NCBI GenBank assembly: GCA_020025825.1
Contig: JAHHRL010000009.1
Coordinates: forward strand, 1,783-65,782
DNA: 64,000 nucleotides
From: Faecalibacterium sp.
GTDB lineage: Bacteria; Bacillota; Clostridia; Oscillospirales; Ruminococcaceae
Reading direction: 5' to 3'
Shown here: in pieces, positions 9,753 to 18,653 of the stretch
Layout: the number at the start of each line of letters is the position of its first letter
How positions within the stretch are numbered: the first letter of the stretch is position 1
Made by a program: the position numbers and the translations under genes
The notes under the pieces: generated by a model
The model's input: the letters and a program-made list of their open reading frames with translations, nothing else
What the model was told of the DNA's origin: nothing
Databases searched by the model: none

Positions 9753-9794
9753 AAAGGAACAGGTGCCGCAGCTTGCGCATCTGTTCCTTTTTTT
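9753..9794 (+). terminator. Intrinsic terminator ending the iron module
   Basis: AAAGGAACAGGTGC...GCATCTGTTCCTTT stem plus T-tract. Confidence 0.75.
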
Positions 9795-9835
9795 CTAATT
9801 TAGCATATTTCTAAAGATGGATATATTGTTATAGT

Positions 9836-9883
9836 AAAAAAGAACCGTGCTGTGGCCAGAGGCTGTCGCACGGTTCTTTTTTT
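9836..9883. terminator. Bidirectional terminator-like hairpin
   Basis: AAAAAAGAACCGTGC...GCACGGTTCTTTTTTT. Confidence 0.65.
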
Positions 9884-9888
9884 GCAGG

Positions 9889-10073
9889 AAAATAAAAAAT
9901 GCAGCAAGCCTATAAATAGGTTTGCTGCTTACAAGGGAAGGGGATGAAGGAATCAAGTATAGATACCCGGAAAGAGGGGTGGAAGTAAATAATGAACAGA
10001 GTTTTCCACTAAAAATAAAATATCGGTGGAAAACTGTGCCGCTTTACTTTCAATATAGGGAAGTAGGGAAGGG
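9889..10073 (-). ncRNA. Candidate CU-rich small RNA
   Basis: Minus-strand TTGGGG-N17-TATAGT (10107-10079), internal hairpin 9997-10038, C/U-rich tracts, terminator hairpin 9901-9928 with U-tract on the minus strand. Confidence 0.35.
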
Positions 10074-10151
10074 ACGGGACTATACTTTTTTATATGAACT
10101 GCCCCAAAAAAAGGGCACAAAAAACCCCTGGACTATTGCCCAAGGGAATAA

Positions 10152-10228
<77 letters not shown>

Positions 10229-10357
10229 ATATTGGCTCCCTTGCTCTCAAGGGAGCTTATTTAATATAGCGCAAACGGAATAGGTTGTCAAGCTTTTTTA
10301 TAAAAATAGTTTTCTGGATTTATAAAACAAGGAAAAGTATGCAGTTGACTAATAAAA

Positions 10358-11359
10358 TTAAATCCAGCTTTCTTCTGTTTCATGCTTTTTGGCACGTGTC
10401 ATAAGGGCAAGAATCACCTGTCTGGGGTCTGCGTTTTGATACAAAACTTGGTAAGCACCCTCCAGAATCGGCATCTCTACACCTGTTTTTTGTGCCAGAG
10501 CACGTACGTTGGCGGCGGCATAGTATCCCTCAACGACTGCACCGATTTCTTGTACGGCTTGTTCCGGTGTTTTGCCCTGACCAATTAAGATGCCGCAGCG
10601 GCGGTTACGGGAATGCATAGAGGTACAGGTGACAATCAAATCGCCAACACCGGTTAGGCCGGCAAAAGTTTCTTTCCGTCCGCCAAGTGCTTCGCCCAGG
10701 CGTGCAATTTCGGTTAAGCCACGTGTGATTAAGGCGGCTTTTGTGTTATCCCCAAAGCCTAGACCGTCGCAGCAGCCGGCACACAGGGCAATTACGTTTT
10801 TGAACGCAGCGGACAATTCAACACCCAGAATATCGTCGGAAGCATAAACACGGAAGTTTTCATTCATAAAAGCATCTTGCACCGTTTCCGCTGCCCACTG
10901 GTTTTTTGATGCCGAAACAATAGCGGTAGGGATACGCCGTGCGACTTCCTCAGCATGAGAAGGGCCGGAGAGTGTCACGACCGGATATTGGGAACCAACT
11001 TCCTGCTCGATTATCTGCGTCATAGTAAGGGCGGTGTCTTTTTCGATACCTTTGGAAACCGAAACGAGAATGGTGTTTTCGGTAAGCAGGGGAGCAATCT
11101 GGTGCGCAGTAGACCGAATGGCAAAGGATGGTGTTGCCAGAACTACAATGGAGCACGCTCTAACGCAATTCAGGTCGCTGGTAATATCTAATGATTCAGG
11201 CAGCATAACACCCTTTAACAAGGGGTTCTCGTGCGTTAAAGCCATTTGAGTGGCCTGCTGGGCCTTGTAAGACCACAAAGAAACAGAATGACCGTTTTCT
11301 ACAAGGAGGGTAGCCAGTGCAGTGCCCCAGCTGCCGCTTCCTAATACTGCAATTTTCAT
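10358..11359 (-). CDS. gpsA: NAD(P)H-dependent glycerol-3-phosphate dehydrogenase
   Basis: MKIAVLGSGSWGTALA, SGPSHAEEV, KNVIAL, GDLIVTCTSMHSRN. Confidence 0.96.
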   Translation of the reverse strand: MKIAVLGSGSWGTALATLLVENGHSVSLWSYKAQQATQMALTHENPLLKGVMLPESLDITSDLNCVRACSIVVLATPSFAIRSTAHQIAPLLTENTILVSVSKGIEKDTALTMTQIIEQEVGSQYPVVTLSGPSHAEEVARRIPTAIVSASKNQWAAETVQDAFMNENFRVYASDDILGVELSAAFKNVIALCAGCCDGLGFGDNTKAALITRGLTEIARLGEALGGRKETFAGLTGVGDLIVTCTSMHSRNRRCGILIGQGKTPEQAVQEIGAVVEGYYAAANVRALAQKTGVEMPILEGAYQVLYQNADPRQVILALMTRAKKHETEESWI

Positions 11360-11466
11360 AGCAATCCTTTCTTTTATGACAGGCAATCGATATGCCATAT
11401 CTTATAAAGATGAAATACAATAGGGACAAAACAAAAAATCCCCTGGACTACTGCCCAAGGGATTGG

Positions 11467-11543
<77 letters not shown>

Positions 11544-11846
11544 ATATATTTGATTGAGCACCGTATCACTTGGTGCTCTATTACTATAACACGGCTGGAA
11601 AGTAATGTCAAGCTGCATAAAGCTTTTTTATAAAACAAAAAATGCGGCGGCAGCACGCAGAGCGGCTTTGCAGTATCGTGTGCAGCATAAAAATTACAGT
11701 AAAACGATACTATGTTGCAACTGGTACGATTTGACTTTTGGGCTGTAGCTATGCTTTAATAAATAGGTATATGATATGGTATAGTGAGAAATAGCGCCCA
11801 TGTGGAGCTTTTCGAAAACCTAAAATGACCCTGCGGAGGTGGCTGC

Positions 11847-13841
11847 ATGGCAGCGAGAAAACAGGAATACGGAAACGAGAGTATTACAAGCCTAAAAGGT
11901 GCGGACCGTGTGCGCAAGCGCCCGGCCGTTATTTTTGGCTCTGATGGTATAGAAGGCTGTGCACATTCTATCTTTGAGATTGTTTCAAACTCAATCGACG
12001 AAGCACGTGACGGCTACGGCGATACAATTCATGTCACACGCTTTAAGGATGGCAGCGTTCAGGTCGAGGACTTTGGCCGTGGTATGCCCGTAGACTGGAA
12101 CAACGGTGAGGAGCGCTATAACTGGGAGCTGCTGTTCTGTGAAATGTATGCAGGCGGCAAATACGGCGAAGGCTCGGATAACTACGAGTTCAGTTTGGGC
12201 TTGAACGGCTTGGGCCTTTGTGCAACACAGTATGCGTCTGCATGGATGACAGCAGATATTTACCGTGATAAGACCCACTATCATCTGGATTTTAAGAAAG
12301 GCGAAAACGTAGGCGGCTTGCAGAAAGAGCCGTACAATGGCCGCCGTACCGGCAGTATTATTCGTTGGAAGCCGGACGATGCTGTTTTTACGGATACCAA
12401 TGTGCCCGGTGCCTATTATCGTGATACCTTAAAGCGGCAGGCTGTTGTAAATGCCGGCCTTACCATTACTTTTACCGATGAGAAGGAGCTGGACCCTGCT
12501 ACCGGCAAGTCTTGGAAAGAGAGCTGGTGCTACGAAAAGGGTATCGAGGATTATGTGGCGGAGCTGGCAGGACCGGACTCCTTAACGCCGGTATTCTCCT
12601 GCGAGTCGGAGGCTGTAGGCCGTGACAGAGAGGACCAGCCAGACTATAAGGTAAAGATGAGCGCTGCTTTCTGCTTTTCCAATAAAACACAAGCGGCAGA
12701 GTTCTACCATAACTCCAGTTGGCTGGAGCATGGCGGTACGCCGGAGCGTGCACTGCATACAGCTTTTACCTATCAGATTAATAAGTATCTGAAGGAAAAG
12801 AATATGTATAAGAAAAACGAGAGCAGCATCACCTTCCAGGACGTAGAAGACTGCCTGGTGTATGTTTCCTCTAGCTTTTCGACACGTACCAGTTACGAAA
12901 ACCAGACCAAAAAAGCAATTACCAATAAGTTTATCGGTCAGGCAATGGGCGACTTTTTGAAGCACTATTTGGAAGTATACTTTATCGAAAAGCCGGACGA
13001 AGCCCAAAAGATTGCACAACAGGTTTTGGTAAACAAGCAGAGCCGTGAGCACGCAGAAAAAACCCGCCAAAGCATCAAAAAAACCTTGTCTACACAGGTG
13101 GATTTGGCAAACCGTGTGGCAAAGTTTGTGGATTGCCGTACAAAGGACCCCGCCAGACGAGAACTGTATATCGTCGAGGGTGATTCGGCTATGGGCGCAG
13201 TTAAAACCAGCCGTGATAGTGAATATCAGGCAATCATGCCCGTGCGTGGTAAGATTTTGAACTGCCTGAAGGCGGACTACGACCGTATTTTTAAGTCTGA
13301 TGTTATTGTGGACTTGATTAAGGTCATGGGCTGCGGCGTAGAGCTGGGCGGAAAGCACAACAAGGAGCTTGCAACCTTTAGCTTGGATAACCTGCGCTTT
13401 AATAAAATTGTTATTTGTACCGACGCAGACGTGGACGGTTATCAGATTCGCACGCTGGTTTTGACGATGCTGTATCGCTTGACCCCCACGCTGATTCAAA
13501 AGGGGTATGTTTATATTGCGGAATCGCCTTTGTATGAAATCAATACAAAGAACCATACCTACTTTGCGTATAACGAATCGGAAAAAGCTAACATTATGAG
13601 CCGTATCGAGGGCGAAAAGTATAGTATTCAGCGCTCGAAAGGTTTGGGCGAAAACGACCCGGAAATGATGTGGCTGACTACCATGAACCCGGAAAGCCGT
13701 CGCCTGATTAAGGTGACGCCCACCGATGCACAGGCAACTGCGCAGATGTTTGATATTTTGCTGGGTGATAACCTGGCGGGCCGTAAAGAGCATATTGCCA
13801 CCTACGGTGCAGACTATCTGGACGAGCTGGACCTGTCGTAA
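11847..13841 (+). CDS. Type IIA topoisomerase subunit B (GyrB/ParE-like, divergent)
   Basis: GHKL domain (EIVSNSIDE, DFGRGMP); TOPRIM motifs EGDSA, PVRGKILN, DADVDG; SKGLGE. Confidence 0.93.
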   Translation: MAARKQEYGNESITSLKGADRVRKRPAVIFGSDGIEGCAHSIFEIVSNSIDEARDGYGDTIHVTRFKDGSVQVEDFGRGMPVDWNNGEERYNWELLFCEMYAGGKYGEGSDNYEFSLGLNGLGLCATQYASAWMTADIYRDKTHYHLDFKKGENVGGLQKEPYNGRRTGSIIRWKPDDAVFTDTNVPGAYYRDTLKRQAVVNAGLTITFTDEKELDPATGKSWKESWCYEKGIEDYVAELAGPDSLTPVFSCESEAVGRDREDQPDYKVKMSAAFCFSNKTQAAEFYHNSSWLEHGGTPERALHTAFTYQINKYLKEKNMYKKNESSITFQDVEDCLVYVSSSFSTRTSYENQTKKAITNKFIGQAMGDFLKHYLEVYFIEKPDEAQKIAQQVLVNKQSREHAEKTRQSIKKTLSTQVDLANRVAKFVDCRTKDPARRELYIVEGDSAMGAVKTSRDSEYQAIMPVRGKILNCLKADYDRIFKSDVIVDLIKVMGCGVELGGKHNKELATFSLDNLRFNKIVICTDADVDGYQIRTLVLTMLYRLTPTLIQKGYVYIAESPLYEINTKNHTYFAYNESEKANIMSRIEGEKYSIQRSKGLGENDPEMMWLTTMNPESRRLIKVTPTDAQATAQMFDILLGDNLAGRKEHIATYGADYLDELDLS

Positions 13842-13870
13842 ACCACTAATTTGCATGGAGAGGAAAACCC

Positions 13871-16117
13871 ATGGCCAAAAAAAATGCGAAAAAACAAATT
13901 CGCCCTGCCCGCCCCCAGCTGGGTGAAGGGGTAGAGATTCTGAACGCAGGCTCTGTCCTGGAGAATCCCATTACCAAAACGCTGGAAGTAAACTATATGC
14001 CCTATGCAATGAGCGTTATTGTAAGCCGTGCATTGCCGGAAATTGATGGCTTTAAGCCTTCGCACCGTAAGCTGCTGTATACAATGTACGATATGAACCT
14101 GCTCAAGGGTAAGCGTACCAAGTCGGCAAATATTGTAGGCAGCACCATGCACCTGAACCCTCACGGTGATGCTGCCATTTACGAAACGATGGTGCGTATG
14201 GGCCGTGGCAACGAAAGCTTGCTGGTGCCTTACGTAGACAGTAAGGGTAACTTTGGTAAGGCATACAGCCGTGATATGTCTTACGCAGCATCTCGTTATA
14301 CAGAGGCAAAACTGGAGCCTGTGTGTGAGGAGTTGTTCCGTGATATTGATAAGGACACGGTGGATTTTGTACCCAACTATGACGGCGAAACAACAGAGCC
14401 TACCTTATTGCCGGTTACCTTCCCCACAATTCTGGCAAACAATACGCTGGGTATTGCGGTTGGTATGGCGTGCAACATCTGCTCGTTTGATTTAACAGAG
14501 CTGTGCAACACCACCATCGCCCTGATGAAAGACCCTGACCACGATATTTTGTCTACCATGCCTGCACCCGACTTTGTGGGCGGCGGCCAGATTTTATATG
14601 ATGCGAGCGAAATGAAGCGCATTGTAGAAACAGGCCGTGGCAGCGTAAAAGTACGTGCACGCTATCGTATTGTGGACAACAATATGATTGAAATTACCCA
14701 GATTCCGCCTACCACCACGGTAGAAGCAATCATGGATAAGATTTCGGATTTGGTCAAGCAGGGCCGTGTAAAAGAAATCAGCGATATGCGTGATGAAACC
14801 GACTTGAACGGTTTGAAACTGACTTTGGACTTAAAGCGTGGCCAAGACCCCGAAAAGTTGATGAACCGCCTGTTTAAGTCTACACCGCTGGAGGATAGCT
14901 TTAGCTGCAACTTCAATATTCTGGTAGCCGGCCAGCCTAAGGTTATGGGTGTGCGCCAGATTTTGACAGAGTGGACAGCATTCCGTATGGAGTGTGTGCG
15001 CCGCCGCACCTACTACGAGCTGCAGGGTAAGCAAAAGCGCCTGCATCTGTTAAAGGGTCTGGAAGCTATCCTGATGGACATTGACAAGGCCATTCGGATT
15101 GTTCGTGAAACAGACGAAGAAGCCGAGGTTGTGCCTAACCTGATGATTGGCTTTGGTATTGATGAAGTGCAGGCGGAGTATGTGGCTGAAATTAAGCTGC
15201 GTCACCTGAACAGAGAGTATATCTTAAAGCGTACGGCAGAAATTGAGGACCTGGAAAAAGCAATTGCCGACTTGGAAGATATTTTGAAGCGTCCTGCACG
15301 TATCCGTAAAATCATGATGAACGAGCTGGCAGACGTGGCAAAGAAGTATGGAAAGCCTCGCCATTGTGAAATTCTGTATGATGTGCCCGAAGGTGCAGAT
15401 GAGGACGAGACGCCCGCTATGCCGGACTACCCTGTTACAATCTTCTTTACCAAAGACGGCTACTTTAAGAAAATCACCCCCCAAAGCTTGCGCATGAGTG
15501 GTGAGCAAAAGCTGAAAGAAGGCGACGAAATCGTATGGCAGGCAGAAACCAGAAATAATTTGGATTTGCTGCTGTTTACGGATAAGCGTCAGGTATATAA
15601 GTGCCGTATAGGCGATTTCGAGGACTGCAAGGCCAGCCAGATGGGTATCTATTTGGCTAGTAAGCTGGGCATGGAAGAAGGGGAAAATCCCATCTTTATA
15701 CTGCCTACGCTGGACTATAAGGGCTGGGTATTGTTTGCGTATGCAAATGGTAAATTTGCAAAGATTCCGCTGAGCACTTATCAGACAAAGCAAAATCGCC
15801 GCAAGCTGCTAAAGGCCTATAGTGATAAAGCAGAGCTGGCACGGATGCTTTATCTGCCGGAAGAAACCGAGATTTCTATCCGCACGTCGGGCGGCAGAAT
15901 GCTGTTGGTGGGTACCGCACAAATTGGTGAAAAGGCTACCAGAGATAGTCAGGGCGTTGCAGTGATTACGTTGAAAAAGAACCAAACTATTGCAAGCGTA
16001 AAACCTGCCATTGAGTTGGAAATTGCAAATCCGCATAGGTATCGTGTGCGTAGTTTGCCTGCAGCTGGTGCGATTATCCGTGAGGAAGATAAAACCGAGC
16101 AGCTGACCTTGCTGTAA
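13871..16117 (+). CDS. Type IIA topoisomerase subunit A (ParC/GyrA-like)
   Basis: DGFKPSHRK, PHGD, catalytic AASRYTE; pinwheel-like CTD without an obvious GyrA-box. Confidence 0.93.
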   Translation: MAKKNAKKQIRPARPQLGEGVEILNAGSVLENPITKTLEVNYMPYAMSVIVSRALPEIDGFKPSHRKLLYTMYDMNLLKGKRTKSANIVGSTMHLNPHGDAAIYETMVRMGRGNESLLVPYVDSKGNFGKAYSRDMSYAASRYTEAKLEPVCEELFRDIDKDTVDFVPNYDGETTEPTLLPVTFPTILANNTLGIAVGMACNICSFDLTELCNTTIALMKDPDHDILSTMPAPDFVGGGQILYDASEMKRIVETGRGSVKVRARYRIVDNNMIEITQIPPTTTVEAIMDKISDLVKQGRVKEISDMRDETDLNGLKLTLDLKRGQDPEKLMNRLFKSTPLEDSFSCNFNILVAGQPKVMGVRQILTEWTAFRMECVRRRTYYELQGKQKRLHLLKGLEAILMDIDKAIRIVRETDEEAEVVPNLMIGFGIDEVQAEYVAEIKLRHLNREYILKRTAEIEDLEKAIADLEDILKRPARIRKIMMNELADVAKKYGKPRHCEILYDVPEGADEDETPAMPDYPVTIFFTKDGYFKKITPQSLRMSGEQKLKEGDEIVWQAETRNNLDLLLFTDKRQVYKCRIGDFEDCKASQMGIYLASKLGMEEGENPIFILPTLDYKGWVLFAYANGKFAKIPLSTYQTKQNRRKLLKAYSDKAELARMLYLPEETEISIRTSGGRMLLVGTAQIGEKATRDSQGVAVITLKKNQTIASVKPAIELEIANPHRYRVRSLPAAGAIIREEDKTEQLTLL

Positions 16118-16129
16118 GGAGGAAATGCA

Positions 16130-16615
16130 ATGCAGAATATCCAGTTGATTTGTTTGGGTAAGTGCAATGCCAAGTACTTTGCAGAGGGCGTGGCAGAATA
16201 TCAAAAGCGACTGAACGCATTTGCCAGTTTTCAAATTGTGGAACTGCCGGAAGAAAATATTCAGGAAAAGAATGCCAGCCCGGCGGTGATTGAAAAAGCA
16301 CTGGAAAAAGAAGCAAAGGCTATTTTGGCCAGTGTAAAAAAGGGCGCCGCAATTGTAGCTTTGTGCATCGAAGGCAAGCAGCTTTCCAGCGAGGAGCTGG
16401 CCGGTTACTTGGCAGACCGTGCCCAAAGCGGCAACGGAGACGTTGCTTTTGTGATAGGTTCGTCACATGGATTGGCACCGGTGGTTAAGCAAGCAGCAAG
16501 CCTGAAATTCAGTATGGGACGCATTACGATGCCCCATCAGATGGCTCGTCTGGTTTTAACGGAGCAAATATACCGTGCTTGTACTATCAATAATGGCATG
16601 AAATATCATAAATAA
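16130..16615 (+). CDS. rlmH: 23S rRNA m3-pseudouridine-1915 methyltransferase
   Basis: FVIGSSHGL, PHQMARLVLTEQIYRA, C-terminal KYHK. Confidence 0.95.
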   Translation: MQNIQLICLGKCNAKYFAEGVAEYQKRLNAFASFQIVELPEENIQEKNASPAVIEKALEKEAKAILASVKKGAAIVALCIEGKQLSSEELAGYLADRAQSGNGDVAFVIGSSHGLAPVVKQAASLKFSMGRITMPHQMARLVLTEQIYRACTINNGMKYHK

Positions 16616-16656
16616 AAAATCCCGCTGTTGCATTCGGCGAGGGGGCGTAAAACAGT

Positions 16657-16700
16657 AAATGGCAGTATCTCGTTTTGAGGTGCTGCCATTTTTATTTTTT
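16657..16700 (+). terminator. Intrinsic terminator after rlmH
   Basis: AAATGGCAGTATCTC...GAGGTGCTGCCATTT plus T-tract. Confidence 0.75.
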
Positions 16701-16787
16701 AGGGAGCAATGGGATACACCGACAAGGAGGCTGTTGGCGGCATCCAGGATGCACTGGATACCAAGGTAATCAATGCTGCGGATAATA

Positions 16788-16835
16788 ATAAAAACGGCAG
16801 GCAGAGATTTTTGCTCTCTGCCTGCCGTTTTATTT
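16788..16835. terminator. Bidirectional terminator
   Basis: AAAACGGCAGGCAGAGA...TCTCTGCCTGCCGTTTT. Confidence 0.75.
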
Positions 16836-16886
16836 GATTGTTTTATACCCGCTGCCCGTCAGCATAGCGGGAATGTAACGGTAAAG

Positions 16887-18437
16887 TTAATCGCGCAAGT
16901 CTTCGGCGCCGTCTTTCAGGAAGTGGATGTTGTTGATAAAGGCACTCTGCTCGGGGTCAGCAAAGGGGGCCTCTGACTTGTATTTATTCAAAGCAGCAGC
17001 GGTTTTAACGGGGTCAGCAATGGTGCCGGCACCACCGATACAACCGCCCGGGCAGCCCATGCCTTCCAGCAGGTAGCCGTCGTACTTACCGGCCTTTGCA
17101 AGTGCAAGCAGCTTTTTACAGTCGGCGAGGCCTTGTGCAGAAGCAACCTTCACTTCCTTGTCGGGGTACCACTCATGGATTTTATTCGCAACGGCCTTTG
17201 CAACACCGCCGGAAACCGCAAAGCCACGGCCGGCAGCAGATGCGTAGTTCAAATCTTCGTCGTTTACATCCAGACTGTCAAAGTCCAAATCCTTAGCTTG
17301 AATAATGCCGGAAAGCTCCTCGAAAGTAAGCACGAAATCCACGTCGCTGCGGACGGTGCGGCGGCTGGCCTCCAGCTTTTTAGCGGCACAAGGTCCGATA
17401 AAGCACATACGTGCCTCCGGGTCTGCACGCTTTAACATACGTGCAGTAAACACCATGGGGGTCATGGTCATGGAAATATTTTTTGCCAAATCCGGGAAAG
17501 TCTTTTTGGCCATCATGCTCCATGCAGGGCAGCAGGAAGTTGCCATAAAGGCTTTTTCAGCGGGGACTTCTTTCAAAAAGTCCTTTGCTTCATCGACGGT
17601 ACACAAATCGGCACCGATAGCAACTTCTACAACATCACAGAAGCCCAAAGCCTTTAGCGCTGCACGGAATTTACCGGTTTGCGACAAAGCCGGAAACTGG
17701 TTTACAAAAGCGGGAGCGACCAGTGCGTAAATCTTATCGCCGCGGTTAAAACTTTGAATCAACTGATAAATCTGACCCTTGTCGGCAATTGCGCCAAAGG
17801 GGCAGTTTACTAAACACTGACCACAGGAAACACACTTACTGTAGTCGATTTCCGCACGGCCGAACTCGTCGCTGGCAATTGCGTTCATACCACAGCTGGC
17901 AGCACAGGGGCGCTCGGTTTTTACAATGGCATTATAAGGGCATACAGATACACAGCGGCCGCACTTGATACATTTGCTTTGGTCAATCTTACTGCGGCCA
18001 TTGATGATGCTGATTGCGTCCTTGGGGCATACTTCCATGCAAGGGTGAGCAAGGCAGCCCTGACAAAGGTTGGATACCTTTACCAGCTTTTCCGGGCAGC
18101 TATTACATGCAAACTTGATAACATTAACCAGCGGAGGGTCATAGTATTTATCGGCAATGGCGGCATCCTCCAAACCGGAAACAGCACTGTTGTGCTCGTC
18201 GATACGGCGCAGAGGCAGGCCCATTGCTAAGCGGACACGTTCTTCAACAATTGCACGCTCTAAAAAAATATCTCGGCGGTGCTTACCTACTTCGCCGGGA
18301 ACAATTTTATATGGAATTTGACGCATCAAGTGGTTGGCTTCTTCACCATGCACATTTGCATAGCTCATCCGTGCAACCTCCGCAAATACCTGATTGCGAA
18401 TTTGGTGCACAGTAGTGTCGATACCACGGAAACTCAT
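16887..18437 (-). CDS. Monomeric [FeFe]-hydrogenase (group B-like) with ferredoxin domains
   Basis: H-cluster motifs TSCCPAW, GPCAAKKLEA, EGMGCPGGCIGGAG; several CxxCxxCxxxCP motifs; ATG at 18437 with AGGAG RBS. Confidence 0.92.
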   Translation of the reverse strand: MSFRGIDTTVHQIRNQVFAEVARMSYANVHGEEANHLMRQIPYKIVPGEVGKHRRDIFLERAIVEERVRLAMGLPLRRIDEHNSAVSGLEDAAIADKYYDPPLVNVIKFACNSCPEKLVKVSNLCQGCLAHPCMEVCPKDAISIINGRSKIDQSKCIKCGRCVSVCPYNAIVKTERPCAASCGMNAIASDEFGRAEIDYSKCVSCGQCLVNCPFGAIADKGQIYQLIQSFNRGDKIYALVAPAFVNQFPALSQTGKFRAALKALGFCDVVEVAIGADLCTVDEAKDFLKEVPAEKAFMATSCCPAWSMMAKKTFPDLAKNISMTMTPMVFTARMLKRADPEARMCFIGPCAAKKLEASRRTVRSDVDFVLTFEELSGIIQAKDLDFDSLDVNDEDLNYASAAGRGFAVSGGVAKAVANKIHEWYPDKEVKVASAQGLADCKKLLALAKAGKYDGYLLEGMGCPGGCIGGAGTIADPVKTAAALNKYKSEAPFADPEQSAFINNIHFLKDGAEDLRD

Positions 18438-18653
18438 AGCTTTGCTCCTTTGCCTTAGAAAAAGAAAAATCTGAAGTTTTGAAGTTTTATTATTTGGTAT
18501 GATTATAACATATCGTTTCCAAAATTGGAAAGGAGAAAGGTTGCATGGTAACTTTTTACAGGAAATTGGATGAATGGACAAATGACAGGTGGGTTTTCTG
18601 ACGAAAACGTTAATTTGAAAATAAAAAAAGCGACCCAAAAGGTCGCTTTTGAA

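Noticed and set aside
18438..18638. Extended N-terminus of the hydrogenase ORF
   Set aside because: Covers the promoter and terminator region; the AGGAG RBS supports ATG 18437
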